DNA of 64,000 bases from positions 224,001 to 288,000 of the forward strand of contig CAWHVC010000002.1 in assembly GCA_963832745.1 (NCBI GenBank). The letters are read 5' to 3'. The stretch is from Candidatus Bathyarchaeota archaeon (GTDB taxonomy: Archaea > Thermoproteota > Bathyarchaeia > Bathyarchaeales > Bathycorpusculaceae). The notes below the pieces were generated by a model that saw nothing but the letters and a program-made list of their open reading frames with translations, was not told the origin of the DNA and ran no database searches. The translations under genes and the position numbers were made by a program. This document shows, piece by piece, positions 9,668 to 18,719 of the stretch; within the stretch, counting starts at the first letter, position 1; each line of letters opens with the position of its first letter.

Positions 9668-10601
9668 AGCTTTTGCGCCTGGAGCAATCTCCAGCTTCTT
9701 CGAAATTTTTGACACCAACTTAGACGGCACCCCAATCACCGACCTGTCACGTATGGGCGCAAAAGGCGGCGGCTTTGGACTCAACTGTGGCGTCCACACC
9801 AAAGTAACCCTCGAAGACGCCCCTGAAAACAACATCCAAGTATACATTAACAATCAGCCAGCATCAGGCGCTAAAGTCACCCAAAACGTAACCCAAACAC
9901 TCCTATGCCTAACCACCAAAAAATATGCAGTCACGGTTGAGCACAAAATTGATGTTCCTATCGGCATGGGTTTTGGCACCAGTGCAGGCGGCGCTTTAAC
10001 CACAGGATTGGCTTTCAAAGAAGCGATGGGTTTACCTTTGACGTATAACCAAATCGGCAAAATCGCACACATAGCCGAAATCCAGTCGCAAACGGGGTTG
10101 GGCACGGTTAGCTCATTAACTGTTGGCGGCGGTTTAATCCTTGTAACTGAACCAGGCGCGCCAGGAGTATGCCAAATCGACCGCATCCCCATCAACCCCG
10201 ACTACGTAGTTGTCTCAGGCTTCTATGACACAAGAATCTCCAAAACCCTGCTTTCCTCGCCTGAAAAGAAAATTGAGATTAACCGTTACGGCAAACAAAC
10301 ACTCGAACAAATTCTCAAAGACCCCAGTTTAGAAAATTTTCTCTCAAGCTGCTGGATGTTTGCCCAAAAAGCCGGTTTCGCATCCCAAGGTGTTCGTGAA
10401 CTGGTCAGGATAGCTGTGAAGGCGGGGGCGGTTGGTGCAGCCCAAAACATGATAGGTGAAGCAGTACACGCCGTGGTTTTGGAGGAAAACGCCCTTTCTG
10501 TGGCAGAAGCTTTTAAGCAAGTTTTACCAGAGAAGCAAGTGTTAATGTGTAAAGTGGATTTTCAAGGTGCCAGGTTGGTTGGCAATGAAGAAGCAATTTA
10601 G
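9645..10601 (+). CDS. pok: Pantoate kinase (GHMP family)
   Basis: AFAPGAISSFF, PIGMGFGTSAG GHMP loop, AHIAEIQSQTGLGTV, AAQNMIGEAV. Confidence 0.9.
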   Translation: MLQKKVVKAFAPGAISSFFEIFDTNLDGTPITDLSRMGAKGGGFGLNCGVHTKVTLEDAPENNIQVYINNQPASGAKVTQNVTQTLLCLTTKKYAVTVEHKIDVPIGMGFGTSAGGALTTGLAFKEAMGLPLTYNQIGKIAHIAEIQSQTGLGTVSSLTVGGGLILVTEPGAPGVCQIDRIPINPDYVVVSGFYDTRISKTLLSSPEKKIEINRYGKQTLEQILKDPSLENFLSSCWMFAQKAGFASQGVRELVRIAVKAGAVGAAQNMIGEAVHAVVLEENALSVAEAFKQVLPEKQVLMCKVDFQGARLVGNEEAI

Positions 10602-11067
10602 AAAAGTTGCGGTAGGCGGAACCTTTGACCAGTTGCACAAGGGACATAGGGAACTGTTAAGCAAAGCCTTTGAAGTAGGCGAATACGTGCTTATCGGGTT
10701 AACAAGCGACGAGTTTGTCGCAAACATGCATAAACCCCACAAAACCGCGCCTTACGCTGAGAGGTTTGCGGAGTTGACCGGTTTTTTGGATAAATCTGGT
10801 TTTAAGAACCGTTTTGAAATTTCTCAATTAAATAACTCGTACGGGTTAACCCTAAACAGGGACGGCTTAGACGCTTTGGTTGTCAGCCAAGATACAGTGA
10901 AAACTGGTGAATTAATCAACAAGAAACGTGTTGAGTCAGGATTGCCGCAGTTAAGTATAGTGGAAATTACTTTGGTGCCTGCAGAGAATAAGAAACCAAT
11001 TTCTTCCACACGTATTCACAATCATGAAATTGACAGAAATGGGCACCTGCTAAAACCCGAAGCCTAA
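10585..11067 (+). CDS. coaD: Phosphopantetheine adenylyltransferase (archaeal type)
   Basis: VAVGGTFDQLHKGH, GLTSDEF, LVVSQDT, ISSTRI. Confidence 0.92.
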   Translation: MKKQFRKVAVGGTFDQLHKGHRELLSKAFEVGEYVLIGLTSDEFVANMHKPHKTAPYAERFAELTGFLDKSGFKNRFEISQLNNSYGLTLNRDGLDALVVSQDTVKTGELINKKRVESGLPQLSIVEITLVPAENKKPISSTRIHNHEIDRNGHLLKPEA

Positions 11068-11072
11068 ACTGC

Positions 11073-12002
11073 CTATTGGATTTCGCCGACCACGTTGACG
11101 GGTTTAGGTATCAAATCTTTTAGGTCTTCTAAGCGTTCAGGGTCAACGCTTGCCAAAACCACTGTTGCTGGTCCCGCGGACTTGTTAAGGTCCAAGCCTT
11201 CAATGTCAAAGAGTTTTAGTTGCCTGCCAACTCCATACGCCATCATACGCGCTTCCGAGGCAATCCCAAACGTGCCAACAGCCGCAACGTCATGCACGTA
11301 CTTTCTTTGAACAAGCTGCCCCACATTACGCAAATCCGCAATCTCCCCACGCGCCTCAGCAGGAATAACTTCTTCACCAACCTTAGGCCGCCCAATTGCA
11401 ACAATTTTGTCGCCCGGGCACGTTCTTGCCAACCGCAACTCCGCCTCGTTCGCAAATCCAACAACGGTTAAGCCTACACCAGTTTGCAAGGTTTCCATGT
11501 TGTCTTCAGTGTTTTCCAGCAGAACCTGATTGGGGTCTAGGCCCAGTAGACGGGTTTCTTTGCGTATGCCTTCAAGGATTTGGTTGCCTGTTGGGTCTTT
11601 CTCGACGCCCAGAGTGGCTGAAATTAGTAGGGGGAAAGCGCCTGTTGCGGTTACGTCCATTAGTGCAACGCGGGCAAGGAATTTTCCGAGGACTGCGCCG
11701 GTGACTTTGATTTTGTCTAGCTCTTTGGAGCCGATTGCGCCGCTGCTGGTGGAGCCTGTGACTATGGCGTGTCCTGTTGGTACTTTTATGATTGAGACGT
11801 CGCCGCGTCTGGTGTAGTCCATCTGCGCTGGTTTTACTTGGAAGACGATGGGGCGTAGCATTGTGCCTACGTTTTCGATTATGTGTAGGTACATTGTGAG
11901 GGCTTGTCGTATGACTTCGCTTCTTGTTAACTCGTGTTTTTTGGCGAGGGCATCTACGTCGTTGGCGACTTTGTCGGGTAAGCGGACGTTAATTATTTCC
12001 AA
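11073..12002 (-). CDS. CopG/RHH DNA-binding domain fused to an alpha-ribazole kinase (CblS)-like domain; putative regulator
   Basis: N-terminal IINVRLPD...TRSEVIRQAL; the rest parallels 13475..14254 (SSGAIGSKELD, ARVALMDV, QTGVGLTV, KSAGPAT). Confidence 0.8.
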   Translation of the reverse strand: MEIINVRLPDKVANDVDALAKKHELTRSEVIRQALTMYLHIIENVGTMLRPIVFQVKPAQMDYTRRGDVSIIKVPTGHAIVTGSTSSGAIGSKELDKIKVTGAVLGKFLARVALMDVTATGAFPLLISATLGVEKDPTGNQILEGIRKETRLLGLDPNQVLLENTEDNMETLQTGVGLTVVGFANEAELRLARTCPGDKIVAIGRPKVGEEVIPAEARGEIADLRNVGQLVQRKYVHDVAAVGTFGIASEARMMAYGVGRQLKLFDIEGLDLNKSAGPATVVLASVDPERLEDLKDLIPKPVNVVGEIQ

Positions 12003-12011
12003 TCAAGTGCA

Positions 12012-12032
12012 CCTGTGTTACAATTGTAATAC
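12012..12032 (-). promoter_or_regulatory. Candidate RHH operator, copy 1
   Basis: Minus strand GTATTACAATTGTAACACAGG, with palindromic core TTACAATTGTAA, 10 nt before the start of the RHH fusion gene. Confidence 0.65.
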
Positions 12033-12142
12033 GTTTTGGGTTTTTATCTTTTTTACCTCTGCAGCCACATTTAGCAACTGCTGCGTGGTTCTTAGTAAAT
12101 TATTTAAACTAAAAACAATTGAATTATCTAAGGTGACTCTTT

Positions 12143-12826
12143 ATGCTCAAAAAATTGGTTGCAACCATAATTATCCTTAGCTTCTTGTTAACCGGTTGCA
12201 TAGGCATCGCCTTTTGTCAGGATTCGACTTCCATTGGCGTTAAGAAAGGTTACTGGATGGAATACACGGTTAGTGGATCAGGAAATCTTCCAGAAGGACA
12301 TGACATTGTTTGGGCAAGAATGGAAATCGTTGAGGTCGCACAAGACGGCAGCAAATTCTGGGCAAACATTGTTTCAATAGCGCGTAATGGTTCAATTTAC
12401 AGTTCGGTAAGAGACTTTGATTTTGCAGCTGGCGATGTTGAGGCTTGGATTATTATTCCTGCAAACCTTAACCCCGGCGAAAGTTTCTATGATAATTTGG
12501 CAAATAGTAGCATAACGATTCAGGGCGAAGAAACCAGAATGCTTGCAGGAGCCGACCGCACGGTTACTTACGCTAACACTACTGAGAGAGCTAAAGTCTG
12601 GGACAAAACTACTGGCATGTATGTTGAAACTATCGATACCTTGCCAGACTATCAGATTAGCGCGAACATGACTGCAACAAACATTTGGGAGCCGCAGGTT
12701 CTGGGTTTAGACCAAAGCGTATTCTACGTTGTTATAGCTGTTGTCGTTACAGCGATTGTTACGGCGGTTGTTTGTGTGCTTGTTGCTTGGCTGTTTATTA
12801 GAAGACGTGGCAAGGTGCAGCGTTAG
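12143..12826 (+). CDS. Secreted, C-terminally anchored surface protein
   Basis: Signal peptide, GVKKGYWMEY start, C-terminal TM followed by RRR. Confidence 0.8.
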   Translation: MLKKLVATIIILSFLLTGCIGIAFCQDSTSIGVKKGYWMEYTVSGSGNLPEGHDIVWARMEIVEVAQDGSKFWANIVSIARNGSIYSSVRDFDFAAGDVEAWIIIPANLNPGESFYDNLANSSITIQGEETRMLAGADRTVTYANTTERAKVWDKTTGMYVETIDTLPDYQISANMTATNIWEPQVLGLDQSVFYVVIAVVVTAIVTAVVCVLVAWLFIRRRGKVQR

Positions 12827-12871
12827 CGGTATTGTAGTTTCTCTTTTTCTTTCGCTTGTTTCCACTATTTT

Positions 12872-12892
12872 GTATTACAATTGTGTTACAGG
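12872..12892 (+). promoter_or_regulatory. Candidate RHH operator, copy 2
   Basis: GTATTACAATTGTGTTACAGG, 18/21 identical to copy 1, just upstream of the TATA-like TTTTATTT preceding cblT. Confidence 0.65.
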
Positions 12893-12941
12893 CGGCAACG
12901 CTTTTATTTTATCTATCCAGCAATAGCCAAAGTGAACGTTA

Positions 12942-13478
12942 ATGCAGAAACAAAAAACCCAAAGCAGAATCCCCAGTTACCTCTTCAGCAACCGACCAAG
13001 CGTACGAATCGCACGAATAGCCATCTTCACCGCCCTCGCCGTAGTCGGTTCATTCATAAAACCTGACCCTGCAAGTAGCATAGCCTTTGACTCCTTTGCA
13101 GGCTTCATTGTAGCTCTCCTCTTTGGCGCAACCGAAGGCGCACTCGTCTGCGGCTTAGGACACATGGCAACAGCAGTCGTCAGCGGGTTCCCATTGGGCA
13201 TCCTTCACGTTCCAATTGCAATAGGAATGGCAATCGCCGGAGCAGCCATAGGTGCAACAAACAAACTTAACCGCAAAGCGTTCATTCCAGCCCTAATCAT
13301 TGGCGTCATCATAAACACTGTAATGGTCTTCCCACTTGCCCCAATGTTGGGCGCCACTTTTGATGAAGGCTTAATCGTTGCAACCGCGCTGGCACCAGCC
13401 TTGCTTGTCGTCGCAAGCCTTAATGCCTTGCTTGCAGGCATAGTTTACATAGCAGTAAGAGGCAAAAAACCAGTTTGA
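12942..13478 (+). CDS. cblT: ECF S component, alpha-ribazole transporter CblT-like
   Basis: IAIFTALAVVGSFIK, SIAFDSFAGF, GHMATAVVSGFPLG..H; coupled to the cblS-like gene. Confidence 0.8.
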   Translation: MQKQKTQSRIPSYLFSNRPSVRIARIAIFTALAVVGSFIKPDPASSIAFDSFAGFIVALLFGATEGALVCGLGHMATAVVSGFPLGILHVPIAIGMAIAGAAIGATNKLNRKAFIPALIIGVIINTVMVFPLAPMLGATFDEGLIVATALAPALLVVASLNALLAGIVYIAVRGKKPV

Positions 13479-14254
13479 CAAACAAAACCAGTTTTTCTCC
13501 CTTTTCAATCCCAACCCCGAGAGACCTAAGAATTTTTCAGTTCACTCCCTCTGACGTAATGGTGATAGGCTGCGATTCAAGCGGCGCCATCGGACCCAAA
13601 CCCCTCGACCGCCTCAAAGTTGACGGGTATATTGTAGGAAAATTCGCCGCCCGAGTCGCATTAATGGAAGTAATTTCTACAGGCGCTAATCCTCTTTGCG
13701 TCGTCGACAACTTAAGCGTCGAACTGAACCCAACAGGTCTTGAAATACTGCGAGGCGTACGCGAAGAAGCAGTCCAAGCAGGCTTAGACCCAAAGTTGGC
13801 TGTAACAGGTAGTGCGGAAAAGAATTTTCCTTCTGACCAAACCGGCGTGGGCGTCACTGTGATTGGTATTTGCCGTAAAGACAGGCTGCGAATTGGCACC
13901 ATTCAAGCTGGGGCTGCTCTTGTGGTCATTGGCGCTCCTGCAGTGGGCTCGGAAGTGTTGGCGGGTGAAAAGCAGGGTTCTAACACAACAATTTTGGATT
14001 TGCAAAAACTTTTGGAGCTCCCGTTTGTGCATGAAGTTATCCCCGTAGGTTCCGAGGGTATACAGCGGGAAATCAAAGTTTTAACAGAAACTCTGGACCT
14101 GAAATTTGAGCCTAACCCGTCTTGCAAGGTGAGTCTTGAAAAGTCTGCGGGTCCAGCTACAGCCCTTTTAGCCAGCCTGCCAGTGGATAAAGCAGCGTGC
14201 CTTGAGGATTTATTTGATAAACCAGTAAACCTTGTCGGAACCATACTTAGCTAA
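13475..14254 (+). CDS. cblS: Alpha-ribazole kinase CblS-like (AIR synthase-related fold)
   Basis: RDL...VIGCDSSGAIGPKPLD, ARVALMEV, VTGSAEKNF..QTGVGVTVIG, EVIPVGSEGI, KSAGPAT. Confidence 0.8.
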   Translation: MTNKTSFSPFSIPTPRDLRIFQFTPSDVMVIGCDSSGAIGPKPLDRLKVDGYIVGKFAARVALMEVISTGANPLCVVDNLSVELNPTGLEILRGVREEAVQAGLDPKLAVTGSAEKNFPSDQTGVGVTVIGICRKDRLRIGTIQAGAALVVIGAPAVGSEVLAGEKQGSNTTILDLQKLLELPFVHEVIPVGSEGIQREIKVLTETLDLKFEPNPSCKVSLEKSAGPATALLASLPVDKAACLEDLFDKPVNLVGTILS

Positions 14255-14291
14255 TTTTTCTTTGAAAAAAAAGAAGTGTGGGTTGTTGTTT

Positions 14292-15551
14292 TTACCAGTA
14301 GAAGTGCAATGATTGGAAGATGTTTATCCAGAAGTTCAAAATGTTCTGGAAGAATGATGGCGTGTCTGGTTGTGTTGGTGTTGTTGTCGGTTTTGGGGTT
14401 GTTGATGGTTGGGCTGTTGGTTGTGTTGTGGGTTTTGGAGTTTGGGTTGGGGTTGGCGTTGTTGTTGGTGAAGGTGTTGAAGTTGGTTTAGGTGTTGGCG
14501 TTGGGGTTGCGGTTGGTGTCGGTGTGGGTGTTGGTGTTGTGGTTGGTGTGGGGGTAGCTGTTGGTTTGGGTGTTGGGCTTGGGGTTGGTGAAGGGGTTGC
14601 GGTGGGTGTTGGGGTCGGTGTTGGAGTAGCTGTAGGTGAGGGTTTTGGAGTAGGCGTAGTTGTTGGAGTTGGGGTTGGTGTTGTGGTTGGTTTCGCTGGC
14701 GCTGTTACTGATGGAAAGTCAAGTCCAAGCTGTTGATACTTGGGCATGTTGTTGAGGTTTTCATTCATCCAAACCGTGTTGCCGATACCCATAGATGCAC
14801 ACTGTGATAAGAACTGGTTTAGTTCACCAACAGTTGAGCTTGTGAATGAAGAATACTCGTTATAGTCTGCGCCGACTTCTGTGTTGATTAGTTTTATTCC
14901 TTTAGATTGAGCAGTTTGCATCTGTGAGATTGCGCCTGAAACACTCCAACTGTTGAAGTAGTAGTGGTATCCTTGGTATGTGTTGTCTAAGGGGTCATTT
15001 ACTTTGGTCCATGGTTGATTCCATTTGTCAAAGAGTATTCCGTTTGTGTAACCTGCTGCGCGAATGTCAGTTACAAGGCTCTGCATTCTTGAATAGAAGT
15101 CGTTTGAAACATACTCGTTTACTAACTCAACAATTACTCTTGGATTGTTTGGGTATTCTTGCAGAACTTCAAAGACGCTGTTCTTTGCTGCTGCCCAATT
15201 GTTTTGTGCTGCTGTTGCTGATGCTTCGGTTGGCGGATAAAGGTGGTTGCGGTCAACAATTATGGTGAAGTCGCTGTGGTCAAGGAAGTACTGAACGAAT
15301 TCTTTGTGGTAAGGATGTGGACCGCTTGACCATACTGGATTTGCGCTCATGCGGTAAGTGTTTAGTCCGTTGGCTTTCATTGTGCTGATGATGCTGTCGA
15401 TTTGGGCTGTGCTGGTTGGGTACCCGCTTAAGCCCATAAAGACTTTGTTTGTTGTTTGCGTTGTTGCGGCGTTTGCATAGAAGGATACTGCGCTAAACAG
15501 TAGCGGTAGTATTATGCTAAGAGTTATTATGGCTGTTACTATTTTTTTCAA
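14292..15551 (-). CDS. Secreted GH5-like glycoside hydrolase with Pro/Thr linker and aromatic tail
   Basis: Signal peptide, GLNTYRM, ELVNEY acid/base motif, YHYY, NTEVG nucleophile motif, long PT repeat. Confidence 0.8.
   Translation of the reverse strand: MKKIVTAIITLSIILPLLFSAVSFYANAATTQTTNKVFMGLSGYPTSTAQIDSIISTMKANGLNTYRMSANPVWSSGPHPYHKEFVQYFLDHSDFTIIVDRNHLYPPTEASATAAQNNWAAAKNSVFEVLQEYPNNPRVIVELVNEYVSNDFYSRMQSLVTDIRAAGYTNGILFDKWNQPWTKVNDPLDNTYQGYHYYFNSWSVSGAISQMQTAQSKGIKLINTEVGADYNEYSSFTSSTVGELNQFLSQCASMGIGNTVWMNENLNNMPKYQQLGLDFPSVTAPAKPTTTPTPTPTTTPTPKPSPTATPTPTPTPTATPSPTPSPTPKPTATPTPTTTPTPTPTPTATPTPTPKPTSTPSPTTTPTPTQTPKPTTQPTAQPSTTPKPTTTPTQPDTPSFFQNILNFWINIFQSLHFYW
14370..14700 (-). repeat. 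Pro-Thr low-complexity linker (coding)
   Basis: PTPTPT repeats inside the GH5-like gene. Confidence 0.85.
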
Positions 15552-15878
15552 TTTTCCTCTCTCTCTTGACCGCTTAACGGGTTAACGGTAATTTTTAATA
15601 ATTTTTGAGAAAAAAATTTTACAACATTTGTTAATTGTCAGCGGTTTTAAGGAGAGCAGAAAGGCAACCTTTGAGAAGCTACCTTCTCAAAGAGATTTTA
15701 GGCGTTTGATTAAAAGCTTGGTTACTATCTCAAAACATTTTAGTCTATATAGAAGTCAACTGCCCTATAGCTCACTTACATTTAAACAACAAGAATCAGA
15801 AAAACGGTGACGCACCAAAGTTGTCACTTCTAATCTTAGCAAATTTTTTAATAAAAAGGGTTGTGGGGTGGCTACTTC

Positions 15879-17432
15879 TTACCAGAAGAAGAAGTGCCAA
15901 ATGCTAAAGTGCATTGGGAAGTAGTAGGTTCTCCAGAAGTGCCAGGATTGGAACGGATGAAATATTGACGGTATGCTTAGTTGTGTTGGCGTTGTTGTCG
16001 GGTTTGGAGTTGTTGATGGTTCGGTTGTAGGTTGCGTTGTCGGTGTTGTTTGTGGGTCATCTTGTCCTGAACCGATTGGAGTTGTAGTTGGTGTTGGTGT
16101 CTGGGTTGGTGTTGGTGTTTCAGTTGGTGCTGGAGTCGCTGTTGCAGTAGGTGTTGGTGTCGGAGTTGTGGTACCAGTTGGTGGGAATACTTTCTGTTGT
16201 TGTAGGTATTGTTGTGTGATTACTCCGCCTGCTGTCGGTGCAAAGTTTGGTGCACCAGTGTGTAGCCGGAAGATGCCGATGTCTCGGAACCAGTGGACAA
16301 TCCAGTTGATTCCCCATTCATTGAAGATTTTCAGTTCATTAGCTAAGGCTTGTTGTTCATAGTTTGCTTCTGCGCCGCTTTTGTCCATGTTTGCTCCGCA
16401 TTCAGTTACGAATATTGGCTTGTTTAGTGTGTTTAGGACGTAATCGATTTTTTCTGCGGTAAATGCGCGTTTGAGTTCATTGTAGTCGTATGCGTGGTTT
16501 GTTCCCCATTTGGCGATTGAGTCTGGGTTTGAGTAGATGCCTGTTTGTCCGTATTCGCGGTAGAGGTGTGTAACGTAAACCAGATTGTTTGTTGGGTCCT
16601 GAAGGTTTGCAGTGTTTACCCAGTCCATTGTTGAACCGCCTCCATAGTCTAGGTCTACCCAACTGCCCATGTCCCATTGTGCAAGGATTAGGTTTTGAGC
16701 GCCTGTTCCACGGATTGCGTTGATTACTTGTTGTTGTACGCCAAAGTATTCTTGAGCTGCTGCACCGTCTGCTTTTGGTTCATTCCAGATTTCAAAGAGT
16801 ACGTTATTGTAGCCTTTGAGTTCGTTTGCTACATCAGCCCACCAGTTTACAAAGTCCTGTTTGCTGGTTATGACTGAAGATGCTCCTGCCGATGTTTGGT
16901 ATGGTGGGTATGGCAGTGGATCTTGGTTTCCTCCGTTGAAGTAGTTAGTTACGCGGTAGCCGGTGAAGATTACGTACATGTCGCGTTCTGCAGCGAATTC
17001 AATGAGGCGTTTTACCGCTTCTCGGCTTGAAATGCTTGAATAAGGTGTGCTTAAGTCATATTTCCAGTTGTCAACAGATTGTATGCAACGGATGGTGTTT
17101 GCGCCCCAAGATTTCATTTGGTCAAGTTCAGCTTGAACGTTGGCGTCGCTCCACAGTGCGTTACCATTCCAGGTTCCATCTGGGTCGTCGGCCAACTCAA
17201 CTTTTTGTAGGCCTCGTAGGTAAATTGTGTTTCCAGAAGAATCTTTGATTAGTTTTCCTTCTGTGTGAAGGGGCAGTGTACTTGTTGATGTTGCTGCTTG
17301 AACTCCAGTAGCCATAAGTATTGATACCATGCTCAAAAGTAGCACGAAAGACAAGCATATGACTATGGGTTTAGCAAGCGTGTGAGTGGCTTTTAGGGGT
17401 AGCAGTGATTTAGCTCTTGTTTTTAGTTTCAT
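15879..17432 (-). CDS. Secreted GH5 cellulase-family glycoside hydrolase with Pro/Thr linker and aromatic tail
   Basis: LHTEGKLIKDSSGNTIYLRG, WGANTIR, FEIWNEP, HLY, PIFVTECG, PT linker. Confidence 0.9.
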   Translation of the reverse strand: MKLKTRAKSLLPLKATHTLAKPIVICLSFVLLLSMVSILMATGVQAATSTSTLPLHTEGKLIKDSSGNTIYLRGLQKVELADDPDGTWNGNALWSDANVQAELDQMKSWGANTIRCIQSVDNWKYDLSTPYSSISSREAVKRLIEFAAERDMYVIFTGYRVTNYFNGGNQDPLPYPPYQTSAGASSVITSKQDFVNWWADVANELKGYNNVLFEIWNEPKADGAAAQEYFGVQQQVINAIRGTGAQNLILAQWDMGSWVDLDYGGGSTMDWVNTANLQDPTNNLVYVTHLYREYGQTGIYSNPDSIAKWGTNHAYDYNELKRAFTAEKIDYVLNTLNKPIFVTECGANMDKSGAEANYEQQALANELKIFNEWGINWIVHWFRDIGIFRLHTGAPNFAPTAGGVITQQYLQQQKVFPPTGTTTPTPTPTATATPAPTETPTPTQTPTPTTTPIGSGQDDPQTTPTTQPTTEPSTTPNPTTTPTQLSIPSIFHPFQSWHFWRTYYFPMHFSIWHFFFW

Positions 17433-17705
17433 TTTTGTCTCTCTCTTCCTGAATTTTCGAGCCTACTAATCATTTGATGGATTTTATAGGTTTTTGCAAA
17501 GTCCAGTTATCGTGATTGTTAAGTTCAATACGCCTGTTTTTGCAAAGGCTATTTGGCAAAAAATGGGTGTTGTGAGTGTATTATAACAGTGTAATGAATC
17601 GTAAAATTGTGAGGTTCACTTAAAATTTAACCCTTATGTGTTAGAGCAATAAGCACAAGTATTATATGCATCATACAGCTAAAAATCAGGATAGGATGCG
17701 AGATA

Positions 17706-18692
17706 TTGAAAAATAAATCCATTGCCCTAATCCTAATTATCATATTAACATCAACCACCATTTATTTAACATCAAATACAACAACCCAAGCAGCAGTCGG
17801 ACAAGGAGACTGGATAACAAAATACCGAATTGAAACTGCAGATACACACCAACTACTTCTGGAACAAGACTTTGCCACAGGCACAACCAGCGGAAGCGGC
17901 GCAATAGCCCAAGGAGCAGACTTAATGGTGACCGTAACAATAAACATCGGTCTCAGCCAGCCAAGTCTCAACCTTAACCTTGCAACTGAACTGCAAAAAT
18001 CTTCAGGAAAAGATTACTATTGGTCACATGACACAAGCGACGGTTACAGTCTTGGAAGCTATAATCCAAATTCTCAATCGTTTAGTTTCCCTGAAAATGC
18101 TGGAACCCTCACAATCGTATGTTATGGAACTGTGCCCTCTGGTAAAGTAGTTCAAACAGTCGGGAACGTCACCTTACACAAGCCAACACCAATCGGTCTA
18201 GTAATTCTCAAAGACCCAAGTGGAACAGTTCTTGACCAAGTTAAACCATACATTACAGACGGCAAAATCGATGAATACAACACCCTTCTGAAGGAAAAAC
18301 AAGACAAACTGGCCAGCCTCCAAGGCTCTGGAGCCTCACCAAGCTTTGTTCAAGCATTCCAAAACACAATCGATGCTTCACAAACAGTGGCCCAAGAAGG
18401 ATTTGCTGACAACGCCATCGCCATGCTTAACGCTTTTAACGTTCCAGACCCCGCAAGTGCAACTTTGGAAATTCTCTTCATACCCTTAATTGCAGTGTTT
18501 GCGGTGTTAGCAGGCGTTTTCGGATTCATGTTCATGCGTTCACGCGGCAAAGTAGGCTACTACAAACTTGTTGTAGAAGACCAAATCAAAGACTTAGAAG
18601 GCATAACTCTTAGAGCCTCAAAAATCGATAGAAGTATGGGCGCCAATTTAGAAAGCGTAAAAGACCGTTTGAAACGGTTAGTGGGGATGTAA
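17706..18692 (+). CDS. Exported protein with C-terminal TM and cytoplasmic helix
   Basis: Signal/anchor, beta-rich domain, helical segment, TM, coiled-coil tail; directly upstream of the tubulin-like gene. Confidence 0.8.
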   Translation: MKNKSIALILIIILTSTTIYLTSNTTTQAAVGQGDWITKYRIETADTHQLLLEQDFATGTTSGSGAIAQGADLMVTVTINIGLSQPSLNLNLATELQKSSGKDYYWSHDTSDGYSLGSYNPNSQSFSFPENAGTLTIVCYGTVPSGKVVQTVGNVTLHKPTPIGLVILKDPSGTVLDQVKPYITDGKIDEYNTLLKEKQDKLASLQGSGASPSFVQAFQNTIDASQTVAQEGFADNAIAMLNAFNVPDPASATLEILFIPLIAVFAVLAGVFGFMFMRSRGKVGYYKLVVEDQIKDLEGITLRASKIDRSMGANLESVKDRLKRLVGM

Positions 18693-18719
18693 ACTACGGT
18701 TAGAATATACCAAAACAGT

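Noticed and set aside
14320-16362. Gly/Val-rich plus-strand ORFs (14320..14736, 15973..16362)
   Set aside because: Antisense shadows of the Pro/Thr linkers.
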